DNA of 64,000 bases from Candidatus Aenigmatarchaeota archaeon. Its GTDB lineage: Archaea > Aenigmatarchaeota > Aenigmatarchaeia > Aenigmatarchaeales > Aenigmatarchaeaceae. Position numbers and translations under genes: made by a program. The notes under the pieces are model-generated. The model did no database searches, was not told the DNA's origin, and worked only from the letters and a program-made list of their open reading frames with translations. How positions within the stretch are numbered: the first letter of the stretch is position 1; the number at the start of each line of letters is the position of its first letter. Below are positions 30,701 to 39,173 of the stretch, in pieces. The DNA is taken from the NCBI GenBank assembly GCA_043814985.1, contig JBDRJK010000014.1, positions 34,369 to 98,368 of the forward strand, read 5' to 3'.

Positions 30701-31679
30701 TGTCACATACAGGCTTTGGAGAGACGCTACCTTGGTCGACAACACAACCCCTTACCAGGAAGTTACAACCCTAGGCGGAGGCACATACGTCTACAGGTTC
30801 AATACAACAGGCAATGGGAACTGGACTGCCGACCCAGTTGGCGTTACACTAACAATGACTGTCGCAGGAGCTGCCTTCACGCCTGGTGGCGGAAGCGGTA
30901 CTGTACCAATTCCCACAAAAATGACAAGAACGCCCGGAAAAGTCAATATCACTGTTCCGTCCATATCAGCAGGCAGGACATTGAATATTACAATACAGAA
31001 AACAGAGGACATAGCATTCAGAAAGCTAAGCGTCACTATGATCAACACTGCGAGCAAGATAGGGATAATCATAACCAAGCTGTCAAGAATGCCCTCAACC
31101 ATATCTCATGATATAGAAGGAAAGGTTTACCATTACATCAATGTAGAAAAGGATAACATCACTGACGCGGACATCAACAGGACAATAATAAGGCTTGCTG
31201 TCAACAATACCTGGCTGTCTGACAACAACATCAACTCTTTGAATATCAGTCTCTACAGGTGGGAAGACACCAACTGGAACGAACTGCCGACCTACTATTC
31301 TTTTAATGATTCCTTTGAGTATTATTACGAGGCCATATCACCCGGGTTTTCCGTGTTCGCGATTGGAGAATCGGGTAGCGCGCCTGAAATAGAGGAGACA
31401 GCATGCTCAGAGAGCTGGTCATGCACTGAATGGTCAGAATGCTCTAATACAACACAAACAAGAACATGCACTGACTCCAATTCCTGCGGTACAACTGCCA
31501 GCAAGCCCACTGAAACACAGGAATGTGGAACAGTTGAGGCAGATATCACAGTCGAAGAATTGCCAACAGCAACAATTGTGGCAGTCGCGCTGCTAATCGT
31601 GATAGTTATTGCCGTACTTCTTTTCCTCAAGAGCAGGGGAAAAATCACTGTTGGATCTCCAAAAGAGGACTATTATTAG
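27735..31679 (+). CDS. Large surface glycoprotein with PGF-pre-PGF domain, Cys-rich module and C-terminal TM anchor (gene A)
   Basis: Signal peptide, very many N-x-S/T sequons, SPGFSVFAI, CSESWSCTEWSEC, TM plus basic tail; TTG 27735 after AGGTG is the likely start. Confidence 0.85.
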   Translation: MNKKGFIKFSLLSMVFLSIIAVMVLWVLPAFADVDPGELQGYDFCGGYPCPSWVNLTRGDMFFADGNDVYIIANISCANPPGENICNSSMTVDADFSQIGGSDVQPGVFKQNGTDASWAIFEFNDTVDFTSLSVEQIQPNNITMNATIFNTTSDSYETYDLPSFFAPVLLVNMSTFGCPSEGQPGVFFPEVPGWNASNSSPVFSPIQAVGCTQNVSLCSYMDTYGPGTWNGTHWLVCAPNFGGSTTNFTEIADAGNFSAIQNFTIEVPGKAKIIFQTNVSFDSQQESQAIMEFAMKSVMGGGRVGINDTEFCGDSCGQPDKPNLNLSARLTIYNVSGQLGITGNPQIIRMGYDGSNPQSCPPSICSDIIWDGENLTFTVSSFSSYQATDGINVSLVSPGNTNWTNNRTINFNYMPVWNDSMTMSNCTLFGNFTGSWEANETNSTPLSNGATNIISNTVNDDVAYLWNVECYDNTGLGDTGTTNYTVMVDSIAPTWSNQSYNTTPNYSSSTPSYFNISWSDANGISKVILVGNWSGGQEYEMNNLGGDVYGFNITLPAGIYYWLSYANDSSNYTNTSNGWAFIIGQASNPVSLYFNGTQNLNKTYTYPEAVNATGTSTVLTPSLYRDGASVGTDEQVLLGNGTYAYKINATGNANYSDNVTGLTYYALVNMGMPSTILEWNESTPVDFGFIINFTSYSSDTTLATTFYANYSGVLANISPATTGLNTNITDTSNLGLGVYQVAANTTGNANYSDNSTLETIVFTVSDISSPTWSVNQSSNPTNYSSTLSTFNVTWNDNTDISDVLITIRNSTGVLINNASMTNDTFNGSIYNYSIILPADTYNWTAYANDTSGTWNATDTWIFTISQANNPVSLYFNGTENANKTYTYPAAINATATSGGTVYLYRNGTHIANGTSPQAENILLGNNTYPYKVNATGNANYTSNSTGLTYYASVNKGTLVLMINATPSTSVTYPAETTVTGTENNINDTNVTYRLWRDATLVDNTTPYQEVTTLGGGTYVYRFNTTGNGNWTADPVGVTLTMTVAGAAFTPGGGSGTVPIPTKMTRTPGKVNITVPSISAGRTLNITIQKTEDIAFRKLSVTMINTASKIGIIITKLSRMPSTISHDIEGKVYHYINVEKDNITDADINRTIIRLAVNNTWLSDNNINSLNISLYRWEDTNWNELPTYYSFNDSFEYYYEAISPGFSVFAIGESGSAPEIEETACSESWSCTEWSECSNTTQTRTCTDSNSCGTTASKPTETQECGTVEADITVEELPTATIVAVALLIVIVIAVLLFLKSRGKITVGSPKEDYY

Positions 31680-31734
31680 ACTTAAATTCTTTACATTTCA
31701 AATTATAAGATAAGTTTTTTAAAACGTGTTTATT

Positions 31735-32067
31735 ATGCCACAAGATTGCGAAACAAAAATGGGACTGTTTTTTTACCGTTTGGACGACCACTCACCTCTA
31801 ACAAAGGATGAGGTTGTTGACGTGAAAGGGAACACTATATATGAATCTAAAACACTTCAGAAAATGATAAGCCAAATGAGAGAAAAAGTAGACATGATAA
31901 GAAAAAACAACGGATGCAGCAGAAAAAATATAAATTTAGGATTGGCGCCATGCTATGTCGCAGAAGAAAAATTGTTAAAATGCGCTAATCCGACAGCCTC
32001 CTTCGAAGTAATACCTGAATTAAATCCTGTTAATATGTCAGATTACAACTTCTTTGAATTGTGTTAG
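31735..32067 (+). CDS. Hypothetical protein
   Basis: Open frame filling the gap, TATA-like TTATAA upstream; no motif recognised. Confidence 0.5.
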   Translation: MPQDCETKMGLFFYRLDDHSPLTKDEVVDVKGNTIYESKTLQKMISQMREKVDMIRKNNGCSRKNINLGLAPCYVAEEKLLKCANPTASFEVIPELNPVNMSDYNFFELC

Positions 32068-32081
32068 AAACAGAAAAAAAA

Positions 32082-32163
32082 TTAAGAAAAGTTCACTACG
32101 TCTCCATTCTCAGGAGCGATCGCGTCAAAGCCTCTACCTCTCAACTCAGTTGCAAACCTTTCA
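32082..32163 (-). pseudogene. Orphaned 3' end of the beta-CASP nuclease gene (diverged copy of 39174-39252)
   Basis: Encodes ERFATELRGRGFDAIAPENGDVVNFS* versus ERFATELRGRGFDTIAPKNGDVVNI*; 60/72 nt identical by manual alignment. Confidence 0.9.
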
Positions 32164-32367
32164 AAAAAAGTTCTGCAGGAAAAACCAGCGTTTTTCATTA
32201 TTTCTTGCTGTTTTTGTAATAAGATATAATACAAAAATATATAAGGCACCTTTATCAAATAATCCTTATAAATTTTGGTGTAGTGTTTGCGTGAAGGTGT
32301 GAAAATGAAAAAAGGTCGTGAAGGAAAAACCAGCGGTTTTTCATTATTACTTGCGGTTTTTGTAATA
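32164..32367 (+). repeat. Imperfect ~60 bp direct repeat (32164-32221 vs 32308-32367)
   Basis: AGGAAAAACCAGCG(G)TTTTTCATTATTWCTTGCKGTTTTTGTAATA present twice; the second copy encodes the signal peptide of the 32305 gene. Confidence 0.85.
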
Positions 32368-35300
32368 TTCTTACTTTCCTTTAACGTATTGACTTTTGCG
32401 GAACCAGAAGAAAATCCATGCGAATTGAAGTTCTGCCTAGTTGATGCTTTTGGCACGGAGGATAATGAGAGTATTGTTGTTTGTGCCGGCACATCAGAAG
32501 AAGTTAACTGGTTTAACATATGGTATAATGGAACAATGCTAAACACCACAAACGGTGGCATAATAAGCGCCCGATACTATGATTACAGCCTTGGCGCTAC
32601 AAACGGAACTGACTACAACAACGAGCCAATGAGCAATTTGTCTGATCCGTCATGCGTGTTGCTTGTTTTGAATGGGACCGATGCGCCGTTTACCAATCAG
32701 ACCATGCAAATCAATGCCACGGTTGGCAACAAGACAGACTATGCTGTTGCGGCCTATTCAGAATGCGGTCTTTCAGGATGTAACGGCACCATGTTCACGA
32801 TAAATTATGTTTCTCTGCAGGCTAATGACGCCTCAGGTGCGGCAGGTCTGCCGAACACAGCATTCATGGTCTTTGACAACAGCACCAAGTCGTTTTTGTT
32901 GGAAGGGCCTGCTCTCTCAGATACAGACGGCTATTGGGCCGAGCATTGTATGGGCGTTGTGACTGGAGGCGATTGTGTCAACCTGACACCGTTGATAGAG
33001 CCTAACATGTGCTTTTACCACGGGATAAGTTTTCCTCTTAACGATACAGACTCTCTATGCACTATAAACCAGACAACTACAATCATTGCCCTGGACTTTA
33101 TATCCTCGAACAAGTCCGAGCAAAACGTTACGCCAGGCACACCGCTTTCGCTAAACCTTGGCACACCCGCGTCCATGGCCATGGTAATGGTTTCTCTATG
33201 GTCCCCAAATTCATTCCAGCAAGAGAACATACCAAACCAGCTAAACGTCCATGACAATGCGACTGACGAGCTTTTGTTTATTGTCACGGGCCAGGACAAG
33301 ACAATGCCCGCCTTCCTGGAGCCATTCAAACACTATAAAATAAAGTTTAACTATGGCGGGAGAAACTATAGTTTCCCATTCATGACGCCTGTTTCAGGCA
33401 TGACAGGAGCTCAAATATTCCTGGCAAACAACACCACGCACACAGATTCCGACTACAGAACGATTGTCGGAAAGGTGGTAAACCAGACATCCGACTCTTC
33501 AGGCAACAAGTATCCTGTGCCGAATGCCACTGTCTATGCCCAGTTCTTCAAGGGCCCGAGCGGCGCGTTCGGAATACAGTTCTTCAACTCTTCCGTGACC
33601 GACGAGAACGGCATGTTCTCCATGAGGATTCCGAAATCGCTGCCCCCGAGCGAGCATTCGCAAGGCGACATGTACTTCCCGCAATACCAGTTCTTCATAG
33701 TCAGCGACAAGACAAGCGATGGCGTGCCTGTCTACTACCCCACGATAGACAACAACAATAACAGAGGGTATTTTGCAATAGGCGACACTGTCGTGCTCCC
33801 GCCACTGACTCTCAAGGCCGGTGGGCTTGTCGATGCCAGACTTACGCTCAACAGCGCAAGAATGATCATAAGCGAGCTCAGCAAGTTCTCCTCCACGGGG
33901 ACAGGCATCCAAAGGGACGATGTCACAGGGAAATTCTCGATGACGTCAATGTTCGAGAATGTGAACCCGCCATCAAGCATGAACATGTCATTCCTTTCCC
34001 CTGTCGGAAACAATATGGTCATTGACTTTTTCGGCAAGAACACGACAATGGGGGATCCGATGTCCGGCTCGATAATGAGGGCATGCTTCAACATTTCCGC
34101 GAACGTCACGCAGGGCATCATATCTTCAATAAGGTGCAATCTCACAGAGCCTGGTTATCTGAACCTTACTGTTTACACGTGCAATGACATATTCGACTAT
34201 AATATTTCTGACGAGTCCAAATGCTCAAACCTGCAGAACACGATGAACAGGAACAAGGCAGGCTCCTTTGACTTCTGGTTCGAGACAAGCGGCATTATCC
34301 GCAACAGCAACGGCCAAGTTGTTGTCTTGATAAATCCCGAAGGCGTGCTGCTTGAGAACCTTGTCGGTTTCGGGAGCCAGTCACCGACGCTTAGCGTGCC
34401 GCTGCCAGCGGGAAACTACACGCTAGAACTAACCTCATCATTCGATTTCAGCCAGTACCTTAGTGTTTACAACAAGACAAACATCTCAATAGCGCCAGGA
34501 GCAACTGTTGTTATGAACCTTGCTAGGGCTGAGAACTGGAACATACAGCCGATGTTCAATCCGTCCATGGCGCTTTCAGACAACAACAATATCAACGTTT
34601 CTATAATGACAAAGCAGGGCACGATGCTAAACGGTACGAGAGTCGCCTTGACAGCCAGAATACTTTTCCTAAACAAAACTGTGGCAAATGCAACAACAAT
34701 AACATTCAGCTACGACTCTAACAGGAATACGTTCTACAACCTTACTTTTAGGCCGGCCTCCTTTAACCTCGATGCAGGCAAGTACATAATGCTTCTCAAT
34801 GCAAGCAACTTCAGCGGAAACACCCTTTACACTTCCACCAATACCATGCAGTTCAATGCGTACGATTTCCAGGTCGGTATGGACCTGGGCGGCTTCACCT
34901 TCGGCACGAACCAGACCGTGAACGGAAAGATATTCGTCTTCAACACGAGCACCAATCCGCCGACAGGAATCAACTCAACCAGCATAGGCGCCGACAAGAA
35001 CGTGACAGTCAAGATGTACGACTCTACTGGCACAGAGGTTTCTGTTGCCTATAGCGCATCCAACATAACAGACGGCCAGGGATACGTGAACTTGACAATG
35101 CCTACTACTTTAGGATTCTACCAGGTAGTGACTTCTGTGACAGCCGACAACTGCTTCTCGGAAGGCTGCACAAACGGCACTGTAGGAGTGTCTGACAACT
35201 GGGTCCAGATAAGCAACATAAATATCAAGACCACGACAGACAGGCAGAGATACCAGCCATCGGACAATGTCGCTTTGACCATTCAGGTTTCCAACTCAAC

Positions 35301-37665
35301 TACAGGTGCGGCAATCAGCGGCGCGTCGGTCGAGGTTGTGGCTGACAGCAGCGACACGCCTGCAATAGGAACGACGGGCTCCGACGGCAAGGCCACTATA
35401 ACGCTTAACTCTTCCACGCACTCTGGGAGCACTTCGTGGTCATACGGATGGCACAACCTCAGGATAAAAATATCCAAGAACATCGGAAGCAATGTTGTCA
35501 AGCTGGAGACGTGGTTCGGCTTTGACGTCAGGGGAACAGACCTGTTTGTCAGGCCAGAAAGGCCCTCGTACCAGACTACTGACAACGTGACAATACTTAT
35601 GTACGGTCCTTTGGAAAGTTTCACAATACCACCGTCAGGCGTCAAGGTGGACGGCACAACGCTTTCGCAAGGATCGCTTGACAACTGCGACCCGACGCCG
35701 AATGTGACATTCTGCATAAACGACGCCTGGAGCAGCGGCTCAAAGGAGGTAAAGATCGGGAACTGGTCTGTCGGGCACCACAATGTCGAGATAACGTCCT
35801 CCACAGGCGGCGGCCAGCAGAAATTCTATGTAGGCTTTGATGTGAACTCATTCAACATCATGACGTCGACAGACAAGTTCAGCTACGACCTCAATGAGAA
35901 CATAACGCTGAGCGTCAAGGCAACAGCAATAAACGGCACCGCATTATCAGGACAGAACTTTACTGCCACTCTTTACAAGGCACAGCCGCCAAACGACATA
36001 CTTGTCGCCGGGGCAAACGGCACCACGAACTCCACGGGGCAGGCCACTGTCACATTGAACGCAACAAAGCCCGGCTTCAACTATATAATGATAAACATGG
36101 GAGGGCAGAAACAGTTCATGGGCGTGCAGGTTTCAACACTCAAGGTAACTCTTCTATCAGGTGAGCCTGGGCCGAGTGCATCTATAGTAGATAACTATGA
36201 CGTCTCGCCTGGCAGCACTGTTATAATCTATGTCAATGCCACGAGAGGTGGCGCCAGCGTGCCTGACGGGACAGCGGTTTCAGCAAAGCTCTGGTCATTT
36301 GGAAACTACATCGAGATACCGTTCAACACCACTACCAACGGAAACGCGACAATTTCCTTGGATATACCGGCGTTCTCGCCGCTTCAAAAGTACGGATTAG
36401 AAATTAGGCTAACGTCTCCAGACGGCGAGCAAGGATTTGCGCCGCCAGCGACAGTCACAGTTACGGGCGGGGCAGCGCTCCAACTGAGCGCCATATCAGA
36501 CAGGTCTTTCAACAGCCCCTACAAGTCAGGAGACAATGCGACCCTGACGGCAAAGCTGACTTACACGAACGGCACCGGAGTGAGCGGCTATATTGTAACC
36601 TTTGAAGTCGGATCAGATGGAACAACCCCGCGCGTTGTCGGAACAGCCACTACCGGAAGCGACGGCACTGCAAGAAAGACCATGACAATAACGAGCAACT
36701 ATACTGACGGCCCTTACTTTTTGCATGCATACATTACAAACAGCAGCGATGTACAGTCCTACTCAGGCTTCATTGTGAGCAGTCTCAGGGTAGTTGCAAG
36801 CGCAAACAGCAACACATATTCTCCGGGAGATAATGTGATGCTGAATATATCTGTTTACAACAGGACATCCGGATTGCGAATAAACGCGACAAGCGGATTC
36901 CTTTTCATCTTCAACAAGGATAAGGGAGAGATACAGCAGTATGTCGACACCTCTGGACAGGCGCAGCCGTACCGGGTGAACATCTCGATACCCAACGAAA
37001 TTAGTGCCATAGGCACTTATCCGATTGCTGTCGACATGTTCGTTAACCAGTCACACGGCTTCGGATTCGTGATGGTCAACGTCAAAAACGCCTCGCAAAG
37101 CCTGAACATGACAATGCCCGATTCAATAGATGCGGGAACATACTTCCTTGTCAACATAAGCTCGAGCCTCAACGGCACGGTCACTCTGAGGGCCTTCTCG
37201 CCAGCGGCATCAAGTCTGGTTTACGAAAACACAAGCATAGCCCTGAGCTCAGGATCCCTGCCAAACGCCACGATAAACATGTCAATAACAGACCCGGGCG
37301 TGTACGTGTTTAATGCGTTTGTCAGCGGCATAGGCATGACAACGCAAGTTGTCACAGTGTCCCCGCCAACAAGCGGGACTGTACCCGCGATATGGACAGG
37401 CTCTGCCTTGGCAACAAACGCGACAACGTTCGATGCAACGAGCAGCGTCTACATACTTTGCAACATACCGAATGCAATAGCATCGGTTCTTACTTTAGAT
37501 GAGAACACGACAATAACCATGCAGGTGCCCCTGTCCTTAACAACAGGAAGCAATTACTATAGCATACTGAACAGCACGGCGCTCGTCAGCGGGAGAAAGT
37601 ATTTTGTGCGCCTCGATACTAACACGTCCACGGGAGTCTACAACACGATGTTTACGGTGAACTGA
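32305..37665 (+). CDS. Very large secreted beta-rich (Ig-like repeat) surface glycoprotein with no C-terminal anchor (gene B)
   Basis: AGGTG SD, signal peptide, repeated TD(R/K)..Y...(D/E)N(V/I) and GTTGSDG.A motifs, many sequons, ends ...MFTVN. Confidence 0.8.
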   Translation: MKKGREGKTSGFSLLLAVFVIFLLSFNVLTFAEPEENPCELKFCLVDAFGTEDNESIVVCAGTSEEVNWFNIWYNGTMLNTTNGGIISARYYDYSLGATNGTDYNNEPMSNLSDPSCVLLVLNGTDAPFTNQTMQINATVGNKTDYAVAAYSECGLSGCNGTMFTINYVSLQANDASGAAGLPNTAFMVFDNSTKSFLLEGPALSDTDGYWAEHCMGVVTGGDCVNLTPLIEPNMCFYHGISFPLNDTDSLCTINQTTTIIALDFISSNKSEQNVTPGTPLSLNLGTPASMAMVMVSLWSPNSFQQENIPNQLNVHDNATDELLFIVTGQDKTMPAFLEPFKHYKIKFNYGGRNYSFPFMTPVSGMTGAQIFLANNTTHTDSDYRTIVGKVVNQTSDSSGNKYPVPNATVYAQFFKGPSGAFGIQFFNSSVTDENGMFSMRIPKSLPPSEHSQGDMYFPQYQFFIVSDKTSDGVPVYYPTIDNNNNRGYFAIGDTVVLPPLTLKAGGLVDARLTLNSARMIISELSKFSSTGTGIQRDDVTGKFSMTSMFENVNPPSSMNMSFLSPVGNNMVIDFFGKNTTMGDPMSGSIMRACFNISANVTQGIISSIRCNLTEPGYLNLTVYTCNDIFDYNISDESKCSNLQNTMNRNKAGSFDFWFETSGIIRNSNGQVVVLINPEGVLLENLVGFGSQSPTLSVPLPAGNYTLELTSSFDFSQYLSVYNKTNISIAPGATVVMNLARAENWNIQPMFNPSMALSDNNNINVSIMTKQGTMLNGTRVALTARILFLNKTVANATTITFSYDSNRNTFYNLTFRPASFNLDAGKYIMLLNASNFSGNTLYTSTNTMQFNAYDFQVGMDLGGFTFGTNQTVNGKIFVFNTSTNPPTGINSTSIGADKNVTVKMYDSTGTEVSVAYSASNITDGQGYVNLTMPTTLGFYQVVTSVTADNCFSEGCTNGTVGVSDNWVQISNINIKTTTDRQRYQPSDNVALTIQVSNSTTGAAISGASVEVVADSSDTPAIGTTGSDGKATITLNSSTHSGSTSWSYGWHNLRIKISKNIGSNVVKLETWFGFDVRGTDLFVRPERPSYQTTDNVTILMYGPLESFTIPPSGVKVDGTTLSQGSLDNCDPTPNVTFCINDAWSSGSKEVKIGNWSVGHHNVEITSSTGGGQQKFYVGFDVNSFNIMTSTDKFSYDLNENITLSVKATAINGTALSGQNFTATLYKAQPPNDILVAGANGTTNSTGQATVTLNATKPGFNYIMINMGGQKQFMGVQVSTLKVTLLSGEPGPSASIVDNYDVSPGSTVIIYVNATRGGASVPDGTAVSAKLWSFGNYIEIPFNTTTNGNATISLDIPAFSPLQKYGLEIRLTSPDGEQGFAPPATVTVTGGAALQLSAISDRSFNSPYKSGDNATLTAKLTYTNGTGVSGYIVTFEVGSDGTTPRVVGTATTGSDGTARKTMTITSNYTDGPYFLHAYITNSSDVQSYSGFIVSSLRVVASANSNTYSPGDNVMLNISVYNRTSGLRINATSGFLFIFNKDKGEIQQYVDTSGQAQPYRVNISIPNEISAIGTYPIAVDMFVNQSHGFGFVMVNVKNASQSLNMTMPDSIDAGTYFLVNISSSLNGTVTLRAFSPAASSLVYENTSIALSSGSLPNATINMSITDPGVYVFNAFVSGIGMTTQVVTVSPPTSGTVPAIWTGSALATNATTFDATSSVYILCNIPNAIASVLTLDENTTITMQVPLSLTTGSNYYSILNSTALVSGRKYFVRLDTNTSTGVYNTMFTVN

Positions 37666-37667
37666 AA

Positions 37668-39155
37668 ATGAAAGCAGCGATATTATTACTTGCGTTTTTG
37701 GTTGCGATGGCCTGCCCTGCGCTCGCGACAGGCTCAATATCAATATCGAGCGTAAGCATGCCTTCCAGCGTGACTACGGGGGACACCTTTACAATTACAA
37801 TGTCTGTCACAGGCTCTGAGGTCAGCGATGTAAGCGGTTCGTTGACTTTGCCGACAGGACTTAGCTGCACACCGTCTGGTTCGCAGTCCATATCAATGTC
37901 AGGCGGTTCTGGAAGCACAAGCTGGTCGTGCACTGCGTCGGTTGCAGGAGACTATACAAACCAGATAACTGCGAGCGTGGCTGCATTGGATTCCGGGACA
38001 GGCCAGCCGCTTTCTGACAGCTCACAGACAGGCCTGCAGGTGATGACGCCTGCATCTCTAACGTCATCATCATCAATAGCGTCTTCAAGCATAGTCGCGG
38101 GCGGTTCGACTACACTCACGGTAGGCGTGAACAACGCGGGCGGAACGACCACGACATATAACATATCCATGTCTTGCACAGGGCTTTCATGCTCACCTTC
38201 ATCTGTCTCGAGCAATAGCATAGATGGGAACACCATAGCTTACCACACGTTTACCATAACCTCGACAAGTGCTGGCGCCTTTACAGCGACTGCTACCATA
38301 AGCGGGAACGGCCAGACACTAACAACATCCAAATCATTAACAGTAAGCTCTTCCGATTCCCAGCTTCCTGGAGGCGGAGGCTCTCCCGGAGGTGGCGGTG
38401 CATCTACCAGAACTTTTACAATGAGGTACAAAAAGGGAAACTGTAACATAACCGTGCCATCAATGGTTGCCAACAGCATAATGAACTTTACAATAGCAAA
38501 GACAGAGGACATAGCATTCAGGCAGATCAACGTTTCTGTTGCAAGGACTGCCAACAACACAAAAATAATTATCAACAGGATTATGGCATTGCCGGACTCA
38601 GTAGGCCACGACATACAAGGCAAGGTTTATCATTACATACAGATAGACAATATTAACATAACCGATGGCGACTTAAGCAGGGTTTACATAAAATTCGCTT
38701 TAAACAGATTATGGTTTGATGAAAACGGCATAGGAATGCAAAACATCAGCCTCTACAGGTGGGAAGGTGATGGATGGAACGAATTGCCCACAACATACAT
38801 GAGCGAAGACGCTTCCGAAGTTATTTATCAAGCAGAGTCGCCGGGCTTCTCGATTTTTGCAATAGGGTCTGGCGGTGCAGAAACAATAACCGAAGAAGGG
38901 CAGGCAGGCTGTACAGAGAGCTGGTCGTGCACTGAGTGGTCCGAGTGCGCAGACAACCTTCAGACAAGAGGGTGCACAGACTTCGGCGCCTGCGGCACAT
39001 ACGCAAGCAAACCGTTCGAGTCACAAGAGTGCCAGGTTGTTGCAGAGACACAGTTCCCGATGGTTGAGGTCTCTATAGTAGTTCTTGTAGCAATAATCCT
39101 GATAATCGGTTTTCTCGCAGCAAAAGGGAAAATAAATCTTAATAAAAACAAGTGA
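37668..39155 (+). CDS. Surface protein with Ser/Thr-rich N-domain, PGF-pre-PGF domain and TM anchor (gene C)
   Basis: Signal peptide, SPGFSIFAI, CTESWSCTEWSEC, C-terminal TM; the C-terminal half is paralogous to gene A. Confidence 0.85.
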   Translation: MKAAILLLAFLVAMACPALATGSISISSVSMPSSVTTGDTFTITMSVTGSEVSDVSGSLTLPTGLSCTPSGSQSISMSGGSGSTSWSCTASVAGDYTNQITASVAALDSGTGQPLSDSSQTGLQVMTPASLTSSSSIASSSIVAGGSTTLTVGVNNAGGTTTTYNISMSCTGLSCSPSSVSSNSIDGNTIAYHTFTITSTSAGAFTATATISGNGQTLTTSKSLTVSSSDSQLPGGGGSPGGGGASTRTFTMRYKKGNCNITVPSMVANSIMNFTIAKTEDIAFRQINVSVARTANNTKIIINRIMALPDSVGHDIQGKVYHYIQIDNINITDGDLSRVYIKFALNRLWFDENGIGMQNISLYRWEGDGWNELPTTYMSEDASEVIYQAESPGFSIFAIGSGGAETITEEGQAGCTESWSCTEWSECADNLQTRGCTDFGACGTYASKPFESQECQVVAETQFPMVEVSIVVLVAIILIIGFLAAKGKINLNKNK

Positions 39156-39173
39156 ATTTTTCTTAGTTTAGAA

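Noticed and set aside
32164..32367. Diversity-generating retroelement TR/VR pair
   Set aside because: Differences are not adenine-specific, include indels, and no reverse transcriptase is present in the window.
32082..32561. 159-aa minus-strand ORF as a real gene
   Set aside because: Mostly antisense to gene B; only the last ~27 codons are meaningful, as the nuclease remnant.
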